From assembly GCA_937942165.1 (NCBI GenBank), contig CALDFW010000017.1, positions 1 through 61,885 of the forward strand: DNA of 61,885 bases, given 5' to 3'. Below the pieces are notes generated by a model. It made no database searches, had not been told where the DNA came from, and was given only the letters and a program-made list of their open reading frames with translations. The stretch comes from an uncultured bacterium. GTDB lineage: Bacteria; Latescibacterota; UBA2968; UBA8231. Position 1 is the first letter of the stretch; every line of letters begins with the position of its first letter. Positions 26,493-34,857 of this stretch are shown here, piece after piece. A program made the translations under genes and the position numbers.

Positions 26493-27104
26493 TTATTCGA
26501 CGGGAGCAAACTCTAGCACGCGCCGGTAGATCGGCTTACCCACAGCAAGGTATTTCTCTTCGTAGTTGGTTTTGGCCCCCATCCATTCAGCCTCGACTTC
26601 TCGCATAGAATGACTCTGAGCCAACACTTCAACCATTACATCAAAGTATTCACCAAAGTCCGTAGCCAACCAGAGGCGTCCCCCCGGCACCAACGTGCGC
26701 TCAACTTCACTTAAAAACTCTTGATTAAAGAGCCGGCGCTTGTGATGGCGTTTTTTAGGCCAGGGATCGGGAAAGTAGATGTGATACGCATTAACGGATT
26801 TTTCAGGCACAAAAAATTCGACGAATTCGCGCGCATCTGCACGGACAAATCGCACGTTGGAAAGTCCCCTGCGCATACATCGAGCATGGGCCATGCGGAC
26901 ATATTTCATCGCCCATTCAATTCCGACAAAATGGATATCATCTCGGCGCACCGCAGCATCGATTAGAAACCGCCCTTTGCCAATCCCAATCTCAATCTCT
27001 ACCGGTTTTTCGTCACCAAAGACTTCCGTCCAGTCCAACGTGGTGTCCCCATCGCCCACATCGGCCAACTGCAGTAGCAACTCGAGGTCAGCCCCGATCG
27101 GCAT
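26493..27104 (-). CDS. trmB: tRNA (guanine46-N7)-methyltransferase
   Basis: EIEIGIGKGRFL SAM motif and YIYFPDPWPKKRHHKRR signature. Confidence 0.92.
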   Translation of the reverse strand: MPIGADLELLLQLADVGDGDTTLDWTEVFGDEKPVEIEIGIGKGRFLIDAAVRRDDIHFVGIEWAMKYVRMAHARCMRRGLSNVRFVRADAREFVEFFVPEKSVNAYHIYFPDPWPKKRHHKRRLFNQEFLSEVERTLVPGGRLWLATDFGEYFDVMVEVLAQSHSMREVEAEWMGAKTNYEEKYLAVGKPIYRRVLEFAPVE

Positions 27105-27143
27105 AACATCCCTCCACTAAAATACGCGTCACAAAAAGGGTAT

Positions 27144-27180
27144 AAAAAAACGGACGCCGATCGGCAGCGATCGGCGTCCG
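27144..27180 (-). terminator. Rho-independent terminator after the rhodanese-ThiF gene
   Basis: Perfect 13-bp stem CGGACGCCGATCG / CGATCGGCGTCCG with loop GCAG (27151-27180). On the minus strand it is followed by T7 (27150-27144). Confidence 0.88.
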
Positions 27181-27209
27181 CAAGAATATCGGATTGGAGT
27201 CGATTTAAA

Positions 27210-28409
27210 TCAACCCGCAGCTTCGCTTTGAGAAGGCAATCCACAAAACTGCTGATAATCGATGAGCTCTGTCACCGTGGGATTATCCCCGCAGACGGGA
27301 CATTCGCTATCGCGCCGCAGCTTTAATTCGCGAAACTTCATATCCATTGCGTCGTAAAGAAGCACGCGTCCTATCAACGGTTTACCTTCCCCTAATATCA
27401 GCTTGACAACCTCCGTCGCTTGCATGAGTCCTACCGTACCCGGCAAGACCCCCAATACGCCGCCCTCGGCACAGCTGGGAACTTCTCCGGGCGGAGGCGG
27501 CTCTGGATAGAGACAGCGATAGCAGGGGCCTTCACCAGGCACGTAGACCGTTGCCTGTCCCTCAAAGCGGAAAATGCTCCCATCTACTACCGGCTTTCCC
27601 GTCAACACGGCCGCGTCGTTGACTAAGTAACGCGTGGGAAAATTATCGCACCCGTTCACTATGATATCGTACTCTGCCATTACGTCGTAGATATTGTGCG
27701 AAGTCAAGAGCTCATAATGGGTTCGCACATCAATACCTGGGTTCAGATCGAGCAGACGATCGCGAGCAGCCTCGACCTTGGGTCGCCCCACGTCGGACTC
27801 TCCAAATAGCACTTGCCGCTGTAGATTGCTCTTATCAACTACATCAGCATCAACCAGACCGATTTGTCCAACGCCTGCTGCGGCCAGATAGAGCGCCGTT
27901 GGGCATCCTAAACCACCGGCTCCGACGAGCAGCACGCGCCCTTTAAGCAACTTCTGCTGGCCCCCTTCGCCGACTTCGGGTAAGATAATATGACGGGCGT
28001 AGCGCTGCATATCATCTTCCGACAGCAGCCCTCCCTGCTCAAACTGATAGCCCGCATCTTTCCACCCTTTAAATCCACCGATCATCGACTTCACGTTCTC
28101 ATAGCCCATAAAGGCCAAATCTCGGGCAGCGAGTGCAGAGCGGTTGCCCCCGGCACAGTAGAGCACAATCTCTGCAGAGCGGTCCATCGTGACGTCTTCC
28201 TCAATATTCAGTTCGAGAAATCCCCTCGGTATGAGCGCTGCGCCAGAAATATACCCATCCATCACCTCATCGCGCTCGCGCACGTCGACAAGATGAATTT
28301 CAGCACCAGCGCCCAACTGCTTTTGCACTTGTTCGGCCGTAACTTCTGCTATGTCTTGCTTCACTTTGCTCAGAAGCTGGCTTGAGGTCACGCTCATATA
28401 TTCCTCCAA
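27210..28409 (-). CDS. Rhodanese domain (N-terminal) fused to a ThiF/MoeB/HesA-type E1-like adenylyltransferase
   Basis: Rhodanese active-site loop VLYCAGGNRSALAA in the first ~125 aa. Then YARHIILPEVGEGGQQKL, VLLVGAGGLGCP, SNLQRQVLF, and zinc-type cysteines CYRC and CPVC. Confidence 0.88.
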   Translation of the reverse strand: MEEYMSVTSSQLLSKVKQDIAEVTAEQVQKQLGAGAEIHLVDVRERDEVMDGYISGAALIPRGFLELNIEEDVTMDRSAEIVLYCAGGNRSALAARDLAFMGYENVKSMIGGFKGWKDAGYQFEQGGLLSEDDMQRYARHIILPEVGEGGQQKLLKGRVLLVGAGGLGCPTALYLAAAGVGQIGLVDADVVDKSNLQRQVLFGESDVGRPKVEAARDRLLDLNPGIDVRTHYELLTSHNIYDVMAEYDIIVNGCDNFPTRYLVNDAAVLTGKPVVDGSIFRFEGQATVYVPGEGPCYRCLYPEPPPPGEVPSCAEGGVLGVLPGTVGLMQATEVVKLILGEGKPLIGRVLLYDAMDMKFRELKLRRDSECPVCGDNPTVTELIDYQQFCGLPSQSEAAG

Positions 28410-28415
28410 TGATTC

Positions 28416-29618
28416 TTAAATTGCGACTGTTTTCTCTGTGTATTCATTTTCTCCATTGTCCCTCACGCCGACTCTCAGGCTCTCAACTAAGCCAACCACC
28501 CTATCGGCCACGTAATCGACCTCTGACTGCACGGTAAAACGCCCCATTCCAAAACGCAGCGTTGATTGAGCTTCCATATCACTGCGCCCCATCGCCGATA
28601 AGACGTGCGAGGGAACGGGCGTATCCGACGAGCACGCAGCCCCAGAAGAGAGCGCAATGTCCCGAAGATCTGATATCAATTCCGTCCCACTAACGCCAGA
28701 AAAACTGAGGCTTAAATGTCCGGGGAGACGCTCTTGCTCGCACCCGTTAAAGCCACATCCATCTAGTCGACTCGTAATGCGATCGTGCAGCCGATTGCGT
28801 AGCGCAATCAACCTGGCACCCTCTTCTCTCAGCGAGGCTCCAGCAATCTCACAGGCTCTGCCCAAACCAACAATACCAGGAACATTAAGCGTCCCAGCGC
28901 GCAGACCGCGCTCTTGCCCCCCCCCGACAGTCTGTTCCATAATTCGCACGCGCGGTGAGCGCGAGCGCACATACAGAGCCCCTACGCCTTTCGGAGCATA
29001 TAGCTTGTGGCCAGAAAGCGAGAGCAAATCGATTCCCATCGACTCGACATCTATTTCTATTTTGCCAACCGCCTGTGCACCATCGCAGTGAAAAAGTACT
29101 CCACGCGCTTTGCATAGAGCCCCAATCTCGGCGAGAGGATGCAGCGTTCCAACTTCGTTATTAGCCGCCATCAGCGAAACCAACACAGTATCGCTCGTTA
29201 TGGCCTGATCCAACGCATTGAGGTCGATTCGACCTGCGGAATCGACGTTCAAATGAGTGAGCCGAAATCCCCGACCTTCCAGCATCTTACACACGTCCAG
29301 CACCGCTTTGTGCTCGGTCTTAGCCGTGATTATATGCCCGCGTTTAACCCAATCGGCGACGCCTTTGAGCGCCAAGTTATTTGCCTCCGTTGCGCCCGAG
29401 GTGAAAAGCACCTCCCGCTCGCGCGCATTTAGAAGACTTGCAACCTGTTGACGCGCCTGCGCAACGGACATAGCTGCCTTCTGACCAAAGCTGTGCGTCG
29501 CACTAGAAGCATTTCCATACGATTCACAGAAGTGGGGCAACATGCAATCAAGCACGCGCCGATCCACAGGCGTGGTTGCCAGATAATCCATGTAAATGGG
29601 TAAAATGAGGTCTGACAT
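28416..29618 (-). CDS. Cysteine desulfurase (NifS/IscS family)
   Basis: LSGHKLYAPKGVGALY (PLP lysine), catalytic loop SSGAACSS, and FTSGATEANN. Confidence 0.93.
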   Translation of the reverse strand: MSDLILPIYMDYLATTPVDRRVLDCMLPHFCESYGNASSATHSFGQKAAMSVAQARQQVASLLNAREREVLFTSGATEANNLALKGVADWVKRGHIITAKTEHKAVLDVCKMLEGRGFRLTHLNVDSAGRIDLNALDQAITSDTVLVSLMAANNEVGTLHPLAEIGALCKARGVLFHCDGAQAVGKIEIDVESMGIDLLSLSGHKLYAPKGVGALYVRSRSPRVRIMEQTVGGGQERGLRAGTLNVPGIVGLGRACEIAGASLREEGARLIALRNRLHDRITSRLDGCGFNGCEQERLPGHLSLSFSGVSGTELISDLRDIALSSGAACSSDTPVPSHVLSAMGRSDMEAQSTLRFGMGRFTVQSEVDYVADRVVGLVESLRVGVRDNGENEYTEKTVAI

Positions 29619-29621
29619 AAA

Positions 29622-29945
29622 TCAGGCGCTAAAGGACTCTCCGCATCCGCAGGTAGTGCGCGCGTTGGGGTTTTCGATCTTAAACCCCGCCCCCATCAAG
29701 CCGTCGCTGTAATCTAACGTGACCCCGTTCAGGTACAAACTACTCTTCATATCGATAAAGATCTTCACGCCATTGATTTCAAATACGTGGTCCATATCGC
29801 CACTATCTTCGGCAAACTCCAACTTGTATTGGAAACCCGAACATCCGCCGCCCATCACGCCCATGCGCAACCCACCGTCAACGTGACCATCCTTATCTAT
29901 CAAGGCTTTAATCTTTTCTGCAGCAACATCCGTTACAACGACCAT
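29622..29945 (-). CDS. A-type iron-sulfur carrier (IscA/HesB/ErpA family)
   Basis: 107 aa with GGGCSGFQY and C-terminal CGCGESF cysteines. Confidence 0.92.
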   Translation of the reverse strand: MVVVTDVAAEKIKALIDKDGHVDGGLRMGVMGGGCSGFQYKLEFAEDSGDMDHVFEINGVKIFIDMKSSLYLNGVTLDYSDGLMGAGFKIENPNARTTCGCGESFSA

Positions 29946-29982
29946 AGTCGATTCCTTCCCATCGTGAATAGCCCAGTGGGGG

Positions 29983-30444
29983 CTATTCGAAAATAGAAGA
30001 CTCTATAACATCCGGGACTTCATCATGCTGACAATAGACGTCACACTGATGGCAGTCTCGTTCTGAAATTTCCTTGTCACAACACAGGCACCCGTTGAGA
30101 ATTTCAATTGCTTGATCATTTCTTTGCATCATCTTCTGATAGTGCAATATTCGAGCACCAATCTCTTCCTGTTGCCACTGCAAATGCTCTATGAGCGAAG
30201 TGGCTAATTCTCCGCCCGTTGCACGCTGTGTTTTAAGGAGGAATAGATCACGGATACGCTCCAGATCAAATCCCAGCTCTTTCAAACTCTGGATAATCTT
30301 AAGGCGACGCAGCTGAGCATCCGAATAGAGACGGAATCCGCCTCCCGTACGTTCTTCAGGTTCGATTAACCCGAGCTCTTCGTAATAACGGATGGTTCGA
30401 GCGGTCACCCCAGCTCGATTTGCTAAATCGCCAATTTGCATCAT
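29983..30444 (-). CDS. MerR-family transcriptional regulator with a six-cysteine C-terminal tail
   Basis: N-terminal HTH IGDLANRAGVTARTIRYYEELGLI, then a dimerisation helix. The tail reads NGCLCCDKEISERDCHQCDVYCQH. Confidence 0.88.
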   Translation of the reverse strand: MMQIGDLANRAGVTARTIRYYEELGLIEPEERTGGGFRLYSDAQLRRLKIIQSLKELGFDLERIRDLFLLKTQRATGGELATSLIEHLQWQQEEIGARILHYQKMMQRNDQAIEILNGCLCCDKEISERDCHQCDVYCQHDEVPDVIESSIFE

Positions 30445-30525
30445 GGATTCTCATCTTACCAGAAATGCAGGTTCTCAATTATCTTATTTAGTGTAAAGGA
30501 AACTCTCCTAGCAGTCAACCGCCTT

Positions 30526-30547
30526 AAATTGAGCACTCTATCAATTT
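30526..30547. promoter_or_regulatory. Inverted repeat AAATTGA-N8-TCAATTT upstream of the MerR gene (candidate operator)
   Basis: Read from the sequence, 82 nt upstream of the MerR start codon. No flanking -35/-10 elements could be assigned confidently. Confidence 0.3.
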
Positions 30548-30786
30548 CCGCAATCGGACTAAGGCCCTGTTTAAAAGGGCACTTAAAGCACTTCTAATAC
30601 TTCTGAAGGCAGACCCTTCCATCTCTGTGGGGACGCACTCTTCTCTCTCATTTTCTGAGTGAAACAATCCTCACTCTCAGACGTCCATGCATTATGCCGA
30701 AGATTCGAACATCTAAATTTTCTGCAGAGTTCATATTCGGAATTATATTCTGGCCGTAACGACTTGTTAACTTTGAAAGAGATGTC

Positions 30787-31335
30787 ATGGTCTATTTAAT
30801 CGCGTTTTTTATCAGCTTTCTCACCTGGCAGTGCGAAGCGACGACGGTCGAGCGCTTTTCCCTGCATCAGCTCGCGACCCAATCCGAGCAAATTCACGTT
30901 GTCACTTGCTTAGAAAGCTCGTATGAATACGCAGACGGACAGCCCATCACTCGGTATAAATTTGCGGTCACCGAGACCATCAAAGGCCCTCCCAATGCGC
31001 ATATAACTCTCCATCTCCCCGGTGGTATCATCGGCGCATTCGAATCGCGAATCGCAGGCATGCCGACTTTTTCTATAGGTTCACAGGATGTTCTATTTTT
31101 GACGGCCCCCAACCGAGCCGGTTTTGCCTGGCCCATGGGACTCGGCCAAGGCGCATTTCAAATACGGTTGGACGGAAACGACGCTCCCCGCGTATACCAA
31201 CGCCTCAACGGCCTCACTTTACACGATAGGGCCGCTAAACCTGCACCCGAAATCGAACCCGTTCAGGGTAGTGAGCTGGCCTCTTTCCTCCAACGCGTGC
31301 GTTCTCTGAGCAAATCAAATGACAGCGCACAGTAA
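30787..31335 (+). CDS. Uncharacterised small secreted protein
   Basis: 182 aa with a hydrophobic N-terminus (MVYLIAFFISFLTWQCEA). Overlaps the downstream metalloprotease gene by 17 nt. Confidence 0.6.
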   Translation: MVYLIAFFISFLTWQCEATTVERFSLHQLATQSEQIHVVTCLESSYEYADGQPITRYKFAVTETIKGPPNAHITLHLPGGIIGAFESRIAGMPTFSIGSQDVLFLTAPNRAGFAWPMGLGQGAFQIRLDGNDAPRVYQRLNGLTLHDRAAKPAPEIEPVQGSELASFLQRVRSLSKSNDSAQ

Positions 31336-33883
31336 ACTCTTTGCCCTCCTGTTCATCTGCTGTGTATACAGTCCAGCACAGGCCTTCCTCATACAAACTT
31401 TCAGCGGGGAAGATGCTCCTATCCAGCAAACTTGGGCGAGTCCAGAACGCATCCCCTTTGTTTTATATGATGCCGGATCCGACGACCTAACCGATGCAGA
31501 GAGTCATCGGATTATCCGCGAGAGCTTTCAAGTTTGGGAAGACGTCCCCAGCGCGCGAGTTGCCTTCTCAGATTTAGGCGTTACTTCAACGAGAACGCCT
31601 TCGCGCAGAGATCGGCGCAACCTCATATTCTTTGACGAGACCAATGCTTTTCTACAGGCTCCTCGAGGATCGGGTATCATTGCCGTCACTCGCCTCAATT
31701 CCAATGCACTCACCGGCAAGATAACGGACGCAGACATCATCTTTAATGGGTTGGAGTTTCGCTTTTCAAGCAACGAACAGCCCGTCCGAGGCACCGTCAA
31801 CCTCAAGGATGTGGCCGTTCATGAGGTGGGACACTTACTCGGCTTAGAGCACACGCCCTTGGACGGTCCTGCCAGTTCGCGCCCAACGATGAACCCGTTT
31901 AACCGCGGCGACGGACCGGGACTCGGACAAACCTTAGAGGCAGACGATATAGCAGGTGTCAGCTTCCTATACCCCACGCCCGAGTATGCACTGAGCGTTG
32001 GCAGCATCAGCGGTACTGTGAGCAACTTAGAGGGGAATGGACTCTTCGGCGTACATATAGTGGCCCAAAACACCGAGACCCAGACGCAAATCAGCACGGT
32101 ATCGGGTGCCTACGACGGGCAGGGAGGGCGTTATAGGATAGAAGGCTTACCTCCTGGCCCCTACCGCGTGCAAATGACTCCCATAGAGGGTTCCATAAAC
32201 GCAGATAACTTTGGTGGAATATTCAGCGAGTTCGCCACAGATTTTACCCCTGAATTCTACGACAACAGCCGAGTGGAAAACACGGCGCAGACAATCGAAG
32301 TGCAAGCCGGTCAGACCGTCCGAAAAATTGATTTCACAACCGGCTTTATCCGACCGGGATTTCCCAGCGTAGAACTGTCTGGACTAGCCGCAAATACCCC
32401 CGACACCACGGGTCCATACACGGTGCGCGTCCAAGCGATCAACACAGACCAACTCTGGTTGCACTACCGCAGCAGCTTGGCCCTCTCCGACCGTATACCC
32501 ATGCGATCTGCGGGAGAAAACATATTTGCGGCCAATATCCCAGGCCAACCCGTCTCTGCACAAATTGAGTATCGCATTGAGGCGCGCAACGACTCCATTG
32601 ACCAAATTTTTTACCCAGAAAACGAGCGTTGGTTCAGCTTTAATATCCTCGAACTCAGCGGCGCGCCCTTGGCATTTACAGCACTGCGCGGATCGGACTT
32701 TATCAGCGTCGTTGATACCGACACCCGAGCAGAACAGGCACGCATTGCCGTAGGCGACGAACCCATCCAGATCATAGCGGGGCCCGCGGGGCATTTTCTA
32801 TACGTGTCGAACCTCTCCTCTAACGAGATCAGCGTTATTTCTGCCGCAACCTTTCAAGAAGTTGAACGCATCGAAACCGCCGTGCAGCCCTTAGATATGG
32901 CCATTAGCCCCAACGGCAGCACGCTCTATGCCACCAACTCCGGGGCCGGAACACTTACGATCGTCGATTTAGAAACGCGCTCAGCCCGCACCGTATGGCT
33001 TGCCGGCCTGAGCACCGGACCATACGGCATCGCTGCCCGCAACGACAAAGTATTCGCCACGGATCTAACCAACGACCAGCTCCTCATCATGGATTCGGAA
33101 GGCATCATACAATCGAGGATAGACGTAGCCCCACAGCCCCGCTCTCTAGCAATGAGTCCAGATGGAAAGCTGCTTTACATCACGAGCATGGGGGAAAATG
33201 TGTTAACCGTTATCGACGCCGAAACGGACCAAATCGACGGTAGAGCACGCCTTCCCGTAAGCGGCACCTTTGCCGTTGCAGTCCATCCCACGGGCGAGAA
33301 GGTGTACTTGACAGCCCATGACGAAGGAAGCGTCCTCATACTCAAGGCGGATGATCTGAGCATACAGGCCCAAATAGCCACGGGCGATAATCCACGCGGC
33401 ATAGCCTTCACTCCAGACGGGCAGACGGCGTTTGTGACCAACGCCTTTTCGGACGAAACCGTTTTAATAGATGCTACTACGGACAGGCTCGTTGGACGGT
33501 ATCGTTCGGGAGATGAGCCGCGCGGTATCGTCGTGAACAATCCCGTACAGCTCTCGCAGGATACCTCTGTGTATGAGATGGGCGCTACGCCCTCGCGCTA
33601 CAGTCTAGATCCTCCCTATCCCAACCCGTTCAATGCAGAAACGCAGATTATTTACAGGCTTCCGGCAGATGGTCAGACTCTGCAGCCCGTTCGCCTTGAA
33701 ATTTATAACGGATTGGGGCAGCGAGTGCGTATGTTGATAGCCGCCGTACAAGAACCCGGCAATTACCGAGTTCAATGGGATGGACGTGATGAGAGCGGAG
33801 AGATGATGTCGACGGGCGTCTATATCCTCTCGCTGCAGGCCGGTCCCTACCGCCAAGCACGTAAACTACTCCTTCTCCGCTGA
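31319..33883 (+). CDS. Secreted mosaic protein: matrixin-like metzincin protease, Ig/CarboxypepD_reg-like domain, YVTN-type beta-propeller repeats and a T9SS-type C-terminal sorting domain
   Basis: Signal peptide (LFALLFICCVYSPAQA). Zinc motif HEVGHLLGLEH. Repeated LYVSNLSSNEISVI, LYATNSGAGTLTIVD, LYITSMGENVLTVID and AFVTNAFSDETVLID units. C-terminus YPNPFNAETQIIYRL...GVYILSLQAG...KLLLLR. Confidence 0.85.
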   Translation: MTAHSKLFALLFICCVYSPAQAFLIQTFSGEDAPIQQTWASPERIPFVLYDAGSDDLTDAESHRIIRESFQVWEDVPSARVAFSDLGVTSTRTPSRRDRRNLIFFDETNAFLQAPRGSGIIAVTRLNSNALTGKITDADIIFNGLEFRFSSNEQPVRGTVNLKDVAVHEVGHLLGLEHTPLDGPASSRPTMNPFNRGDGPGLGQTLEADDIAGVSFLYPTPEYALSVGSISGTVSNLEGNGLFGVHIVAQNTETQTQISTVSGAYDGQGGRYRIEGLPPGPYRVQMTPIEGSINADNFGGIFSEFATDFTPEFYDNSRVENTAQTIEVQAGQTVRKIDFTTGFIRPGFPSVELSGLAANTPDTTGPYTVRVQAINTDQLWLHYRSSLALSDRIPMRSAGENIFAANIPGQPVSAQIEYRIEARNDSIDQIFYPENERWFSFNILELSGAPLAFTALRGSDFISVVDTDTRAEQARIAVGDEPIQIIAGPAGHFLYVSNLSSNEISVISAATFQEVERIETAVQPLDMAISPNGSTLYATNSGAGTLTIVDLETRSARTVWLAGLSTGPYGIAARNDKVFATDLTNDQLLIMDSEGIIQSRIDVAPQPRSLAMSPDGKLLYITSMGENVLTVIDAETDQIDGRARLPVSGTFAVAVHPTGEKVYLTAHDEGSVLILKADDLSIQAQIATGDNPRGIAFTPDGQTAFVTNAFSDETVLIDATTDRLVGRYRSGDEPRGIVVNNPVQLSQDTSVYEMGATPSRYSLDPPYPNPFNAETQIIYRLPADGQTLQPVRLEIYNGLGQRVRMLIAAVQEPGNYRVQWDGRDESGEMMSTGVYILSLQAGPYRQARKLLLLR

Positions 33884-34822
33884 CTCCTGAATAAAACCCT
33901 CCACGCTGAAGTAGCGGAAACCGGTGTCGCAAAATAGAGTTACCAACCGCTGGGTTGGCCTCATTTCTTTTGCGATCCGGAGGCTAGCAGCAACGTTTGC
34001 CCCCGAAGATGGCCCCAGTAGGAGCCCTTCTTCCCTAGCGAGGCGCCGCGCGTAGTAAAAAGCTTCGTCATCTTCGATCGCAATGACTTGGTCAATGAGG
34101 CTCCGCTCGAGGACATCCGGGACAAAGCCGGCCCCGATGCCCTGTATCCCGTGCAGGCCGGGCTGTCCGCCGCTTAAGACGGGCGAACTCGCTGGCTCGA
34201 CAGCAACGATCTGCAAATTGGGAATGGCCTCTTTCAAAACAGACCCAACGCCCGTAATGGTACCGCCGGTGCCAACGCCCGCGACAAAAGCGTCGAGCTT
34301 ACCTTCTGTGGCCTCTAAAATTTCGCGGGCGGTCGTTTGCCGGTGTGCTTCGGGATTAGACTGATTGTGAAACTGCTGCGGCATAAAGTACCGGGAAGGA
34401 TCGGCAGCGACAATCTCTTCGGCCCGGGCAATTGCTCCTCCCATATCGTCGAGGGCCGGTGTCAGCTCGAGCTCCGCCCCGTAACTGGCCATTACCAGGC
34501 GGCGCTCTACGCTCATATTTTCCGGCATGGTGAGCACGAGGCGATATCCCAATGCCGCCGCCGCCATTGACAGGGCAATACCCGTATTGCCGCTTGTGGG
34601 TTCGACAATCGTCATACCGGGACGCAGGATTCCCTCTGCTTCGGCAGCGCGAATCATGCTTATTCCGATCCGGTCTTTCACACTGCCGGCTGGGTTGCGC
34701 GATTCCAACTTGCCGTATATCGCAGCCCCCTCCGACAACCCCATCCTCTGTAGCTTAATTAGAGGCGTATTGCCGACGGTATCGAGTATATTATCCGCTA
34801 TTTGCAGCGGGTCAGCTTCCAT
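33866..34822 (-). CDS. cysK: Cysteine synthase A (O-acetylserine sulfhydrylase)
   Basis: NPAGSVKDR (PLP lysine), TSGNTG and GVGTGGTITG motifs. 318 aa. Confidence 0.93.
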   Translation of the reverse strand: MEADPLQIADNILDTVGNTPLIKLQRMGLSEGAAIYGKLESRNPAGSVKDRIGISMIRAAEAEGILRPGMTIVEPTSGNTGIALSMAAAALGYRLVLTMPENMSVERRLVMASYGAELELTPALDDMGGAIARAEEIVAADPSRYFMPQQFHNQSNPEAHRQTTAREILEATEGKLDAFVAGVGTGGTITGVGSVLKEAIPNLQIVAVEPASSPVLSGGQPGLHGIQGIGAGFVPDVLERSLIDQVIAIEDDEAFYYARRLAREEGLLLGPSSGANVAASLRIAKEMRPTQRLVTLFCDTGFRYFSVEGFIQESAEKE

Positions 34823-34857
34823 TAGACACTGCCCTCTCTGTTTATCATAGTACGAAC

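Noticed and set aside
27105-30444. Small ThiS/MoaD-like ubiquitin-fold ORF ending in Gly-Gly within or next to the desulfurase/E1 operon.
   Set aside because: None of the track ORFs in or beside the operon ends in GG or looks beta-grasp-like. ORF 26999-27244 (81 aa) overlaps trmB and the terminator and is Cys/Ser/Arg-rich, so it is spurious.
30690-30720. GATTCGAAC-like sequence that superficially resembles a tRNA T-arm, in the 342-bp gap upstream of ORF 30787.
   Set aside because: No acceptor, D or anticodon stems can be folded around it, so it is not a tRNA.
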